A stretch of DNA of 62,946 nucleotides, counting the filler, from Asterionella formosa (taxonomy: Eukaryota): assembly GCA_002256025.1 (NCBI GenBank). It is 22 parts of 22 records of this genome, joined end to end, with 100 filler letters (N's around TTAATTAATTAA, not from the genome) between each part and the next. Parts side by side here need not be neighbours in the genome. Positions count along the whole stretch, not along the records: positions 34,444 to 37,208 come from NKIB01014859.1; positions 37,309 to 40,072 come from NKIB01014860.1; positions 40,173 to 42,936 come from NKIB01014861.1; positions 43,037 to 45,797 come from NKIB01014862.1; positions 45,898 to 48,658 come from NKIB01014863.1; positions 48,759 to 51,520 come from NKIB01014865.1; 16 more parts are not named here. The stretch is one strand, 5' to 3'. A model generated the notes under the pieces. That model saw only the letters and a program-made list of their open reading frames with translations. It was not told the origin of the DNA and did not search any database. A program made the position numbers and the translations under genes. Of this stretch, positions 36,061 through 49,910 are shown piece by piece (the first letter of the stretch is position 1; each line of letters opens with the position of its first letter).

Positions 36061-36372
36061 GAAGACAACGACAACAGCTGGTCGTGTTGCTGGTCCACTT
36101 TTAATGGCCGAAGAAGGAAGCGACGAAAAGATTACCATTACGAGCGGAAAGAAAGAAATCGCTTACGACGCCAAGTCTGGACGATTCTTTGAGACTAACT
36201 TGCAGGAAGAAGAATGCATTCCTGACGAGGAATACTGTGTCGTCGATCCGGATTCGTCTCACAGTAGCCGAAAAGGAGCGTATCTTTCTGGACGCGCTTC
36301 AGTCCTACTATGCCACTGGAAGGCAAATGCTCAAGGATGACGAGTTTGACCTATTGAAGGAAGATTTGCAAT
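36061..36372 (+). pseudogene. PGRL1: PGRL1 5' fragment, frameshifted and interrupted by a copia LTR
   Basis: EECIPDEEYCVVD, a frameshift, then IRLTVAEKERIFLDALQSYYATGRQMLKDDEFDLLKEDLQ. The overlap with positions 1-92 is identical except for a 6-bp indel. Confidence 0.82.
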
Positions 36373-37208
36373 TGTTGTAACAACTACCGTATTCGACCGT
36401 ATCGTAGGCCTTGAACCTAGTACTGTGTTAATCGAATACAGTTGATGAAATTGATAGCAACGAGGAAGTTGTCAAACTTAAACTTTCACTTTACTAACTG
36501 GATTGTTTCGAGATAATGGTCTCAAAACACTCTTATTACTCACACTGCATTTTAACATTTTTTCTTGACCTCTGATTGATTTTCCTTGCGTTGTGCCTTT
36601 TACCACGTCAGCCCAGGTAACTCTTGGTAGCGGCTGTACGGTTTTAACTGTAGTACTGTACTCTCTCGTGTCTACTATACCCTTCACTCCTGTCCTGTGG
36701 CAGTCAGCTCGAATTTTTTCAACACGCTCCTCGGCTGTTGCCAGGGAACTGGCAGTCAGGGTATCGACGTGCGCAGCTCCTAGAAGCACATTTCGGAATG
36801 TTCTGAACAGGTTTCCTTGCAGTGGTTTCGTAAAGAAATCCCCCAACATTTCCAACGTTGGACAATGGCGAATGGTGATTCCTTCATCTACCGATCGATC
36901 CTTAATCCAGAAATAGCGGATGTTGATATGCCGAGACTTTGGCCCTGCCGAAATTCGTCCGTTCTTCTCGAGTTTAATTGCGCTCTCGTTGTCTTGTTCG
37001 AAGAAACTTTCTTGAATCTTGTATCCCGGTGCTTCAAGAAACATTTTTACCCACAGCGTGTTCGGGAGATAATCGCTGGCGCCCACAAATTCAGCCTCCG
37101 TCGAACTCTTTGTGTTCAATTTCTGCTTGGTCGACTTGCATATGATGCCTCCAGTTCCAAAAGACATCACGCCACCGGTGTGGCTCTTCATGTCAGGGTG
37201 CACGGCAA
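36373..37208 (-). mobile_element. Ty1/copia RNase H plus complete 3' LTR (36373-36724)
   Basis: HPDMKSHTGG, KQKLNTKSSTEAE, QDNESAI, SRHINIRYFW and MLGDFFTKPLQG. PPT gaggagcg is followed by a TGTTG...CAACA LTR. Confidence 0.92.
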
Positions 37209-37308
37209 NNNNNNNNNNNNNNNNNNNNNNNNNNNNNNNNNNNNNNNNNNNNTTAATTAATTAANNNNNNNNNNNNNNNNNNNNNNNNNNNNNNNNNNNN
37301 NNNNNNNN

Positions 37309-38106
37309 AAAAGAGCACAGAAGGGTTGATCAGAGGGTGTGTTGGTGCTATTGATGGTTTTTTAGCCACAATTAGTCGCCCCACGCTACGTGACTGTGGA
37401 AACAATCCAGGAGCTTTTTATTCTGGACATTACATTACTTATGGTATCAATGTTCAGGCTATCTGTGATGTTGAGAGTAGATTTATATTTTTTGGGGTGA
37501 TTGCTCCTGGACGATGCAGTGATCAAGTTGCATTTGAGAGAACTGCTCTTCCCAACAAAACTGCATTATTTGATTCTGGTTTTTATCTTGTTGGTGATGC
37601 AGCCAGCATATACATTGTCAGATGTCATGTTACTAGTTCCATTTGTTGGTTCTCAGCGTGATGACCAAACACAAGATGCCTATAATTTCTTTCTTTCCCA
37701 GCTACGGATTAGGATAGAGATGACATTTGGTTTGTTACAGACAAAATGGGCTGTTCTAAAAAGAAACTTAACAACTGGCTTGGAAACAACTGCAAAAGTG
37801 CTTGAGGTATGTGCACGTTTGCACAATTATGTCATAGACGAAAATAAAGTTGATAAGGATATTTCTGGGTTACCTGGAAGTGATGAGGCAGATGACATCC
37901 AGGAGATTTTAGCTGAAATCACCCCAGTCTACAATTCTCCACTTGGTTGGGGATATTTGCCAACGGTTGAGAAATTGGATGTAATGCCTGGTACTTCTGT
38001 CATTCGAGATGTTATTCTTGAAAGAATTGCTAACATGGGTTTGCAAAGACCTCCGGGTAATATTGAAAGAAAAAGGTCGGAATTACATGAATTAAATTAC
38101 ATGTAG
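37309..38106 (+). mobile_element. PIF/Harbinger DDE transposase (DDE_Tnp_4), C-terminal part, one frameshift
   Basis: GCVGAIDG, YGINVQAICD, PGRCSD, YLVGDA/AY, YNFFLSQLRIRIEMTFGLL..KW and CARLHNY. A 4-bp duplication lies near 37603. Confidence 0.9.
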
Positions 38107-38135
38107 ATTATGATTGATTGTTGAAAAAAAATTAT

Positions 38136-39640
38136 TCATTTCAATGTGTCACCTTGAGACAAGAGATTAAAGACCTGATCACGCTTTCTTTTACACAATG
38201 CAATTTCTAAACGAGCTTGGACAATGTCAGAACTTGAAGAGTCATAATCTTTATTTTCGAGTTCTTCCAGTTCCTCCCGCGCAACTCTTAGTCGGACCTT
38301 ATACTTATCCAAGACATCCAGTAGATCATTTTCTCTGCGTGGTGCTGTTGTAGACTCTAGCAGTCTGAGTTTTGCAACATTTGACTTCTCAAATGATTCC
38401 AATGCACTTGCAAGATTTTGAGAAGATGATGTAGGTTTTTGCGTCAAGATTGCATGTCTTCCCTTCTTTCTAACACTGAAATTGCTTGAAGATTTTGATT
38501 TTGATGACAACGTGGTGGCAGTATCGTCAATGTCTATACTCTCACGGAAGGCATAATTTGGTAACAGTGGTACAGCAAAATTCAATAGATGTGGAACTTG
38601 ACACAACCAAAGATGGTAGTAATATAGGAAATGACATGACCCAACAAATTTGACAACATCATCATGATTGCCTGATTGTTTGTTTTTTCGATAGGCAACT
38701 TGATAATGATGATTAATGTATCCCATTACCAATGAAAAGTCTTTGGAAGTGAGGACATCATATTTTTTTGCGTAGTCAGCATCAATTCTAACTTGGTCCC
38801 AGTATTCATCTTCGGGAAATGCTAGAATGATGCAGTCGTCATCCTCATCATCATTATATGTGACAACAAGTTGATCGAAAATGAACTTGTGTCGAAATCT
38901 TCTTGCATCAAGTTCAGCCAGAGTTGGTGGCTGACCTAGACGCAAAACATCACTGCGATGCTTGTTGCACATGTAGACATTAATGACACGGAAGTAAGTG
39001 TTGATGCAGGTCACAGCATCTGGAGGGGTTGACTTTGCCTGTGCCTTATTTTTTTCGCATTTTTTACAGGAGGGTTCACTTCCTCTTGTTCAAACTGAGG
39101 ATCGACCAAAGACTCATGTGGCTGCACTGCTGTTGCCTCTTGAACTTTGTCATTCCTTTCATCATTATCATCTTCGCAATCTTCATCGACTTTTAATTCC
39201 TCATCATTAATTGATGAATCTTCTTGATTATCATTATCACTATCCAATTCAATGTCTGATTCATTGGCATTGAAAGATCTAGGGTATATCCTCTGTGACA
39301 AGCTGTCTCTCTTCAAAATTCGAGCAATCAAAGCAACAGTGAAAGCCTTCTCCGCATTTTTGTATTAAAAAACTTTGTATCTGATGCAAATTTTTCGGAG
39401 AACCTTGACCGAGATCTGCTTCATTGCAACACCTTTGATGAAAATCACCTTTGTCCTTTCACTATCAAGCACAAAGTCATCAGGAAGTATGAGGGAGTCA
39501 ATAAATCGATCGACTTCAGTATCTGTAGCAAGAGACTGCATTGTATTGTTGAAGGTGGTGGGTCGATCTTGATATACAGTGGTCTCCACATCAACAGTTG
39601 TTGTTTGCGTTTGTGTGACTGGTTCCATATGCGGTTCCAT
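38136..39640 (-). mobile_element. Convergent second ORF of the Harbinger element (putative DNA-binding partner), frameshifted
   Basis: Three consecutive minus-strand ORF pieces end 29 nt from the transposase stop. Repeated TGATAC motifs at 39895-40060 suggest a subterminal region. Confidence 0.6.
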
Positions 39641-41547
39641 TTGCCTTGCTTGTAGTATCTTCAGGGAGATTCCAATGACTGATCTGTAGTAACAAATACA
39701 CAAAAACACTTGGGAGTTATAAGATCGCCAAGTATAACTTTCTGTCTGGTGCTGTATAATTGTATCAATGGTGTTGCTTGGACGATGTACACAGCCAGCA
39801 TAAAATTGAAGGAATAGTATATGCCATTAAAATTATCACTGGTGCCTTGCCTTGCAGGCTTATTTTCGGTTATTTTATTAGTGACAACAGAAATGATACC
39901 CGCGTGAAAATGTCAGTATCACTGATACCGTTTTTGGAGGGGGCAAAAAAAGGTATCAATTTTGTATCAATGATACAAAATTGATACCATCAAGTTACCG
40001 TTGCTGATACCGTGTTTTGATACCAACCGTCACTTTTTGCCCGCAACCCGGAAATGATACAGCAAATTCGGANNNNNNNNNNNNNNNNNNNNNNNNNNNN
40101 NNNNNNNNNNNNNNNNTTAATTAATTAANNNNNNNNNNNNNNNNNNNNNNNNNNNNNNNNNNNNNNNNNNNNAGAATTTTAGCAATCGGAGACGGAATTG
40201 AAGTGGTTGGAATTTGGGTTGAAGGCTGAGATTGTGGTGCTGGCAAAGAAGGAGACTGCTGAGGCATTGGAGTCACTGGAGCAGTAGGACCTTGGGTACT
40301 ATTCATGCGATCGCATCTAGGTGCAATATTCGCCATCTTTGATTTCTGTTTAATCTCTCGCACGTGTGTTTTAAATACGCCTTTTTCTTTGTTGTGGTCG
40401 TGTTTGTAATTCTATGTAGAGTCCTTCACTATTTTACGGGAAATAGTTTCCCTTCCACCTCATGTCGTTCAATTCTACATGCAAGGTCCAAAATTCATTC
40501 AGTCACACCGGAACTTTTGTCCCTCATCCATGTATGAATGTATATATGTATACATGAATGTATATATGTATGTTTGCATTATATCATACACATATTTTAA
40601 GTAATATGCCGGTAGTGGTGATGAAAGGGCTTTTGGGATAATTGAATTTATGTATAAAAAGTGTATTAATTAGCCACCTGTACATAAACTCATATACATA
40701 TAGTAGAATAAAGGATGAATCTTGTGTAAAATAGTTGCATGACTGATGAGGACAGCTTGAGCAATTATGTGGTATTTGAAAAATAAAACACTTTTTTTAC
40801 AGTGTACTGGTACACCAGTATGAAATTATTGGAAAAAACCGGTGGTATCACTCCACATGGTATGCAATAATCGTTATGATACCAGTATTTAACATAGATT
40901 AATGACCCCGAGGATCACTTTAGCTCACCCGGTATTCTGCTAAGTATAATTCCGGAAAAGCAACTTGGGTGGCCATCACATTGTCAACTCACCCCTCTTC
41001 AAAGCTGTTTCGAGAAATGACCTACCCAATACCGTATGATTGACAGCCGCCATTGGATCCTTCATGGGTAAATTTTAATCAGACAAGAAAGTGGATGAAA
41101 TGAGCTTGACCCTTCGTGGTGGCCGTGTTATTTTATCCATGGGCAAATTTATATTGGAAGGAAACAACACCAAGTAAGGTGGAACAAGCTCTAAGCAACC
41201 ACATGGAGGATTCGGCAGCAATGCTCCCTCAAGATGCCAAGAAAAAGTCTGTTGGATCTGCCTAGCAAAGAAATCCCATTTGTAGAGGAGCCGAAAGTGG
41301 TTTACCAAGACAAGAAAGACAACACTATATTGCTGAAGATACCCTGCACAGTTGTCACTTAAGATGACAACGATTCTTCTGCCCTTTTAGCTGCTCCTGT
41401 GGTATTGTCTGCAGCTCCACCTCGACAAGCTGTGGCAGCACCAGCACTGAAACAAGCACAACCTGGCGCATTTCCAGTAAGAGGACCACGATTCATTCCA
41501 CATGATGATGATTCCGTTTTGCATGCATGTCGACCCTGCTCCCGCCA

Positions 41548-41900
41548 CATCTAAGCCGCGTATTACGTGAAGTGACCATCACGTAAATAAGCCTAGTTGA
41601 TTTTGAATTGATCACATGAATTAGTTGAATACATCAAAATGCTTACTTGAATATATATATATATATATATATATTATCTGAATCCATCACGTTAATTATT
41701 TGATCAGAGTATCATGCATGCATTCCTGATCATCACTATATTACGTGATCATCTTCACATAATTATTTGAAATACTTCACGTAATTATTTGAAATACTTC
41801 ACTTAATTCTGTAATTTAGTTCACATGCCTTATAATTTTGTTCACGTAATTCTATAGTATAGTTCACGTAATGTATTAAATTTGTTTACGTAATTTAAAA
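41548..41900 (+). mobile_element. Terminus B of the CATCTAAGCCGC TIR family
   Basis: Starts CATCTAAGCCGCGTATTACG with many TTCAC(G/A)T subterminal repeats. Reverse complement of 54480-54766. Confidence 0.85.
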
Positions 41901-43036
41901 GTACAATCAAATATGTTGATTTCTAATTCAACTGCCGGTATTTCACATTATATGGGAAACAAATCTCGATGTGCAATCAAACAAAGCAGTTCTTTCAGAA
42001 TGGCATCTACAGTCTTGAGAAGGCAGGCATCATGAGATGTTTGTAAGAAGGACAATGCAAGACAAACAGAAACCATTCATTCTGAATGAAAAAATTATTC
42101 ATTCTTGAAAAGGCATCATGGTGCGAAATCGCAACAGGAATGTGTCACACTGGCTTCCTCCTTGTCCTTGAAATGACTTGCTTCTTCATTGACCTGCAAA
42201 GATTTACAAAAGAACAGTGTGTCAGTAATTCATTAAATAGAACTAGCAACAGCAGAAAGCAACACACATATGTGCTATTCAACTGTTTCACGGAGCAGTC
42301 AAATTGACAGCAGAACACCGGCATTAGTCAGCCACCAGGCATCACCGCAACTCACTGATGCATTAAAAAAGATGGCTCCTGTTGTGAAATGGACGGCTAA
42401 AATGTAAAATAAATGTAGAGAACAATAAAAGAACCATGTGATTTCTCGCTCGCTTTGCTGATACAATTATGAAAACTGAGGATTAGCTAAGCTCACCTGA
42501 TTTGAAGGCCTCCATTGCGGGTCTCCATATCGTGTCATTTCATCTGCTATCACTCATACTTTCCAAAGAACACTGCTTTTCTGAAAAGGCCTGTTCAAAG
42601 GTCAAATGAATGTTGAAAACAAAAGCATGACATATCATGAGTTATCTCTCGCTTGGTGATATAATAGCAAAAATAGCAAGCAAACAAATCTTACCTTAAA
42701 AGCATCGATTGCTTACGATCTCAATTTTGTGTCATTCCACCTTCTATTGTTTCAACAAACAATATGTGAGTTCTTGGCTGATGTAGGATTTGTTAATGGT
42801 GAGGCGCTAAAAAGCTAGAAGGGGATGCTGCTTTTAAGGGTCGTCCCCATGTTGAAAACATATATTGTGCACAGTGGTGGTTAAATGTTGTCTTTATGAA
42901 TTCAGAGGGTCAAAAATCCTGGCGCAGCCATGACTTNNNNNNNNNNNNNNNNNNNNNNNNNNNNNNNNNNNNNNNNNNNNTTAATTAATTAANNNNNNNN
43001 NNNNNNNNNNNNNNNNNNNNNNNNNNNNNNNNNNNN

Positions 43037-45797
43037 CTACTGAGTACCTCATCAATCATATCAAGAAAGTGTTTGATTATAGCAGCGACATTGGAAGCGC
43101 ACTCAAGTCATTAGAACCAATCAACACATCGGCATGGAAGCCAAGAATGCAAGTGAGCATTGCAACAACAGAAGAAGATCGCGCTGCAGAGAATCGACAA
43201 TATGAGATTGAGTTTAAGGCTGATTATGACAACTACAGTAAAAGGGTACAGGCCTACGAAAATAATAATACCAAGGCATATGCGTTGCTCTGGGAAAGAT
43301 GCAACAAAGCCATGAAGAACAAGATTGAAGCGAGATCCGATTACAATAGGATCGAAAATAACCCAATAACATTGCTTATGGCAATTAAAGAACACGCATT
43401 AAATTTTCAAGAGAATCGATATTCAATGTCGATCATTTTAGATGCGATGAGAACGCTTTTGTTCACGAAGCAAAAGGAAGGAGAAAGTCTACAAGACTAC
43501 ACCAAGAGATTTCGTGTGGCACGAGATGTGCTCAAGTCACACATGGGAGGACCCATTATCCTCACCAAGTTCGTTGAAGCCATGGATGGATACAATGAGA
43601 ATGACATCAAACAACGAGATAAATTTCGCGAACAAGCTTTCAGTCAATTTATGGCATATTTATATCTCGATAATGCCGATAAAGCTAAATACGGTTCAAT
43701 TATGACCGGGCTGAACACTCAACAATCACTTGGCAACGATCAAGGCCCAAAGCCATGCACAGGCACAGGCTAATACATCCGACACAAGTACAGTTACCTC
43801 TGTTAATTCCAACAACCCGCCGTCATCACAAGCTTCACAACAAGCAAATGCCAATCAATTTGGATGAACGGGAGCTCATATGAAACTACAATTTTACCAA
43901 GCATCATCTGAGATGCGTGACTGGATACTTTTGGATAATCAATCAAGTGTCACAGTCTTTTGCAATCCAAAAATGGTTAATAACATTCGAATGTCAACCA
44001 ATGGAAGCATGCACCTGGCCACAAATGGTGGATCCATGGTAACTAATATGAAGGCTGATCTTCCAGAATGGGGAGAAGTATGGTTTAATGAAAAGGCAAT
44101 CACAAACATCTTCAGTTATGCCAAAATGGCAGATAGGTACAGAATTACCTACGACTCTGAGAAAGAAAATGCATTCATTGTTCATTTGCCAGACAAAACA
44201 GTTCGATTTGAAAGAATTGGGATGAACTTATATGTTTTCAAGCCAGCTACAAGAATTAGAGCGGAGAATGCTCAAATGTTGAATACACTTGAAGAAAACA
44301 AAACATTTTACACTGAACGTCAATTTCAGAGAGCTAAGCGAGCTCGTGATCTATTTCATGCCTTGGGTACACCATCAATTAATGATTTCAAGGCAATAAT
44401 TCGTATGAATACGATCAACAATAATCCAGTGACTACCGATGATATCAAAATTGCAGAGAAAATTTTTGGACCTGACATCGGAACACTAAAAGGCAAGACA
44501 ACTCGTCGCAAGCCGCTGCCAGTCGTGAACGACTACATCGAGATTCCTAAGGAGCTTATTCAAACTCAACGCGAAGTGACTCTTTGCATGGATGGAATGA
44601 AAGTCAATGGACAATCATTTCTCACAACAATTTCTCAAAACATTATGTATAGGACAGCGCAATGGGTCAAGAATCAGACAGCTGAAGTCTATCAAGATGC
44701 TTTGATTCAAGTATTCCATGTTTATAATACCGGAGGATTTAAAATTACAACAATCCACTGTGACAACAAGTTTTGACCTTTGATGAAACAAATTTCCAAT
44801 GAATTTCAAGTCACTATGAACTACGCAAACCCACAAGAACATGTTCCCGAAGCGGAGCGAAATAATCAAGTGATTAAAGAACGCGTACACGCAGCTTATC
44901 ATCAATTACCTTTCAAACATTTGCCACGACTGATGATTAAGATTCTAGTGACAGAATCTGCAAGGAAACTGAATTTCTTTCCGGCAAAGAATGGGATATC
45001 CTCGTATTACAGTCCTCATATGATTCTACATCAACGAAACCTGGACTATGCTCGACATTGCCAGTATACATTTGGCACTTATGTCCAAGCACATGAAGAA
45101 CCTGTGTTTTCAAACACTAATGCACCTCGCAGCCTAGATTGCATTTTTCTACGCTACAATGACAATGTGCAAGGAGGTCATGAATTATTACACCTACCTA
45201 CAAATTCATTGATCACTAGACGAACAATTACTCCTCTACCACTTACCCCAGCAATTATGAATCAAGTACACGCCCTTGCTGTGCAGGAGAATATGCCAGA
45301 TGGTCTCAAGATATCAAATCGAACGGGACAACTATTTTATGATAGTGCTTGGATTGCAGGAGTGGATTATGATAATGAAGCATTTGAAGATGCACAAGAT
45401 GAAGATTATGAAGATCAAGATGCTAGTGACAACGAAAGCAATGATGAAATTCTCGGAGAAGAAGACTATGACGAAATGACTCCGGATGAAATATATGAAG
45501 CAGAACAGCTTGAACTAAACAACAATATCAAAGAGGATGACCCTGAACATGAGGGTAACAACGAGAATAATACTGAAATGAATGCAGATGATATCCAAGA
45601 TGAGGATGAAGAACCAGTAAATGAAACTGAGAATGAAGAGGCAATGTTAGAAGTCAATCCAAGCACTGAAGATGACTCAGACCCAAATGTTAGAACTACA
45701 AGGTCTGGAAGAGTCTCAAGACCACCATCAAAACTAACTATGGTCCAACATCATTTGCATACCCAAGCACACTGTCAAGAAGAATATACAAATGACA
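43037..45797 (+). mobile_element. Ty1/copia (CoDi-like) gag-protease-integrase, degenerate
   Basis: Gag (KAYALLWERC, ESLQDYTKRF), WILLDNQSS protease, RAKRARDLFHALGTPS, KGKTTR, TIHCDN and EHVPEAERNN integrase, acidic linker, TTRSGRVSR. Nonsense codons and a deletion are present. Confidence 0.92.
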
Positions 45798-46094
45798 NNN
45801 NNNNNNNNNNNNNNNNNNNNNNNNNNNNNNNNNNNNNNNNNTTAATTAATTAANNNNNNNNNNNNNNNNNNNNNNNNNNNNNNNNNNNNNNNNNNNNCAC
45901 CTTCACTGGCGACGTGCGTGGCTCGTCTTCTTTCTGCTTCCCTTTCCTTGTGTACGGTACTCCTTTGATTCACTCACCGTCTGTATCTTGCAACAAGGCG
46001 GTCTCAATATTTATTAGCAATTACTCCTATTCTAATTTATTTTGTTTTCGTTTTTGTTTGTTTTCATCGTCGTGTCGCGACGAACGATAACGCA

Positions 46095-47536
46095 ATGGAA
46101 CATACGCATAGTGCTGACATTGATAAGAAGGGGAATCCCAGCGTTGGCACGGCCACAATGGGAATCAAGGCTCCGTGTGATCATGATGTATTGTTCGGTC
46201 GAGGAGGAGGTACAAATCATCGTAAGTTACTTCACGTTTGCCTTGCCTTGTCTTGCCTTGCTCAGAGACATGTGAGCGAGCGAACGACCTTGACGTTTGC
46301 ATTTGCTCTGCTTGAATTCAAATCCAATAATACCCCTGTTTTCCTTGCTGCTGCAAAAAGACCCTGGAAACAAAGCATATCGCAAGCTCGTGCTGCAACA
46401 GAAAGCAAGATATGATAGCGTAACGTTTGCAGAAAGGGGCATTGTCGCTATGGACATTGTGCGATCTTGGAGAGCGCAAGATCCTCCAGGTCGCTTCTTG
46501 ATCAAGGCCGATGCTGATGGACTTGTATGGAATGATGTGCCAGACTACCGAGTCAAACAGAAGACATGCCAATTGTTCCGAGAACGAAGACGAACTAGGG
46601 ACCCCAAAAGGGTCCAACCAAACGAAGGATCTGGAATAAACTCGGTGCGTGCCTCCGGTATAAACTGAACTTGGTGGACCTTTTCGTACATATTTGAGCT
46701 AATAATAATCCTTTCTGCGGTCAACTAAGGTACAGCATCTGCAGGGATCCGTTGCTAATTTTTGTCCTGTACCAGCTGTGCCAGGATCCAATGATTCCAT
46801 TCCGAATTTGGAAACTTCTTCTCGATTTTTGACTGTTCAAACATTGCTGGAGCTTTCGAGCAAGAAAATCGATCGTTCGAATAATACAGCTCAGTTCACA
46901 AATCATCACTGCGACATTAATACTCCAGGTCAACCTACTCAAAGGCAAATGGCTAGTAACAATTCCTGGAATAACAGGGGATCAATGAAGGAGCACACCA
47001 ATATGAAACTATTCAAGACAGGAAGTGCAAGGCATGATGCTTATCTAAGAATCAGCCAGATTCATGGAGTCATGGATGTAGAAGACACACAAAGCACTCA
47101 AGAATCCCTACAGTCAATACTGGGAAGAAGCTCCAACTGTTCAAGTAAAACTCCTCCAGAAGAAATCAATACTCCTGGTTTCGAGATGGTTCAACCAAGT
47201 GCTAAATCTTCGGTTCCTGATAAATTTTTCATGTCAGAATCATCTAAGAATGATGTATCCATGTATGATAGATCCCAAAATGGTAAGACCAACATGCACC
47301 CACGCCCTTATTACACGGGCAACAATCATTCTGCCATTAGCATGACTGCGCATCGCCAAGAAGGATACTGTATCAATCCTATACTTATGCAGGAGTTTCA
47401 TACTCAGGATATGAGACCAACCAATAGATCGTACAAAGCAGTACCAACAATTAAACGAGGCATTGATGTTTCAGCAGAATCCTCCTTCCACTCAGTGAAG
47501 AGAGTAAGGGAACTCAGCGCGAAAGCGTCATATTGA
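46095..47536 (+). CDS. DUF6824-domain protein; exons 46095-46221, 46361-46644, 46730-47536
   Basis: The spliced product reads DVLFGRGGGTNHHPGNKAYR..IV......PPGRFL....W.......KTCQLFRE. Introns GTAAGT..AG (phase 1) and GTGCGT..AG (phase 0) keep the frame. Confidence 0.85.
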
Positions 47537-47946
47537 TGCAAGTAACCATTGGTCTATGGTCTCTCCATACAATATCCTGTTGCTTCCATTCCCACTCAAG
47601 CCATAGTCCTATGTGATCATCCCAAGGATTGAAAACAGTTCAGATAACTTGAGTAATTCAAGTGAGCGCATTCATTCAAGGAGTTGCAATTTTTCAGCAT
47701 GTCATTTTTAAATACATAAAAATTCTTTTATTTCTACCTCAAAAGTTAGATGCCTGCTGATGAATCAGTTCGATTGGCATCCAATGCATTTGATATGGTA
47801 AATTTAATGATGGGCATCACCATATCAGCATTGGGTACCCTGGTACTCTGAATACTATTATTGATGTATACCGGTATGTACCCCAGCCGATTTTATAGCC
47901 AATAAATATTCCAGTTGTCTGGTGCCAGTAGTCTACCTGTACCTAG

Positions 47947-48187
47947 TGAAGCATCTAACTAGAATTAGTAGTATTTATTGAATATATGGGTTTAATATTT
48001 AATCTTGATATGCAACTCGTTCTCTTAGTTGATGTATACAATACATGTTAGTTGAGTTCTGATACATATGATATAACACTAACACTATATACATCTTTAT
48101 TGATGTGTGGGATTGCTCACTCTCCCACACTTAGGTAAAAACTTTTACCGATGAAAAGGTTTGATACGAAGAATATTAATTCGTTCT
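47947..48187 (-). mobile_element. Gypsy 3' end: ERINILRIKPFHR*, PPT and LTR (47947-48119)
   Basis: Same family as 32197-32394. LTR TGAGCAATC...GATGCTTCA carries an internal deletion. Confidence 0.8.
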
Positions 48188-49399
48188 TTAATATGCACAC
48201 AGCATACTTCACTGTACTGCTATCCAGGAGGTGGCTGGTTGCTTTTGCAACTCTCCTCAAAAAATGTAAGAAAAATATCGCTAGGATAGATGCATTTAGA
48301 GAAGCTTCCTCAAGGAGAGGTATTTGTGGTTAGCTTCCTGTTAGCCATCAACGCTTAAAACCAAATCGACAAAATACGGAAGCCACTTGAGAGCACCACT
48401 AGCCCTATTCATGTTCCTGATCAAGAATGATTTGGTAGAAGTCCCCACCATCCAATTAACCAACAAAGCGCCATTGCGTCTCTTAAGAATGTACAGTTTA
48501 TCGGTAATTGGATCATTCACCACCAGGACAACAAAATGGGCTGAACAAGAAGAGAAATGCAGAGTATTGTTGTGGACTTCATGATTCGAAACTAAATGAC
48601 ACCTATAATACGTTCTTGAATGTTGCGGCCACTCATTTAAATATATATATATATATATNNNNNNNNNNNNNNNNNNNNNNNNNNNNNNNNNNNNNNNNNN
48701 NNTTAATTAATTAANNNNNNNNNNNNNNNNNNNNNNNNNNNNNNNNNNNNNNNNNNNNATAGGTGCCTTTCGCCTATGTACCAGATATCATACCGATAAA
48801 TAATAGTAGATTCAATGCCACAACTTTTCTGGCGCGCAAACCCTACTTTGGCGAGAAGCGAACCCTACATAATACATACACCATAAGATGCATGTATGTA
48901 TGGCAGAATGATCCAAGCAAATGGCTTCCTGAAACATCAGGTTGCCTCGCTTTGTGTGTACCTCGTACCTGGTACCTGGTGTACCAGTCCTAGATACCGG
49001 TATTCGTTGGGAGATCAATTAACCGTACCCCTAAATATCATATATTTGTTTCACGCCTGATTTGCTATTAGTACAATGCCAATCACCATGGTGCTCACAT
49101 TATGTTGTGTTTCTCATGCCCTCATTGCCCTCAGCCCCTTCCTAGCTGGGTTCTAGCTTCATAATTGTCCTGATGAGCAAAAAAGTCACTACTAGTAGGA
49201 AGGGGCTGCCACAGCCACGCACATTAAGGGTAGTAGAATGATAGCTACCTAGTTTTGACTTGTTACTTCAACTTCTTGGTGGTCAGCCTGACCAGGGCAA
49301 GGACAATTGGTGTACAGGCAATCATCTTTGTTTTAAGGCAGAGAATTCTTTATATTGCTGCATGAATGGGATTGAAAACATTTGTGCAAGAGATTAAGG

Positions 49400-49910
49400 G
49401 AGCATTGTGCTGTCAACATTTGCTGCATTTGTCTTGTTCCTGCAGTTATCAATCAACAAAATGAACGTCATTCATTGCTTCTTGGTATGTAATCATATAG
49501 CAAACCTTTAAAGTTGTATCAAGATGGCACAAGGCTCTGGTCTCCAGTTCTGACAATACAGTTGGCAATGCTTCTGGAAGGAAGGAAATGTTATCTCTGT
49601 TTTTCGTTACTAATCCTGATGCAATGATGGGATTGCAAACTTGAAAGATTTATCGGTTGAGAAAAGAAATGCATGAGTGTTTTAATGACTCAATTATTAA
49701 TAGTCTACTTGTTCCATTTACTGAGGCTATCAAGGAAGTGCTTTGAACGACAAACACTCAGCAAATCTACATTAGTTGGTGCTTAGATAATCGATAACAA
49801 AAGTGAGGTTTATATACAAAAAAGGCCAAAATCAATTCTTTGTAGAGGGTCATACGAAGCCAGACACTGTGTCATATCGGCAAGCAGTCTATCCTGGAAA
49901 GTGTCTGGCA
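49400..49910 (+). mobile_element. Highly degenerate N-terminal part of a Tc1/mariner-like transposase
   Basis: RFIYKKGQNQFFVEGHTKPDTVSYR resembles the GF.Y....K.YYVDGHE.P.T..YR motif found upstream of the catalytic domain of such transposases. Confidence 0.45.
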
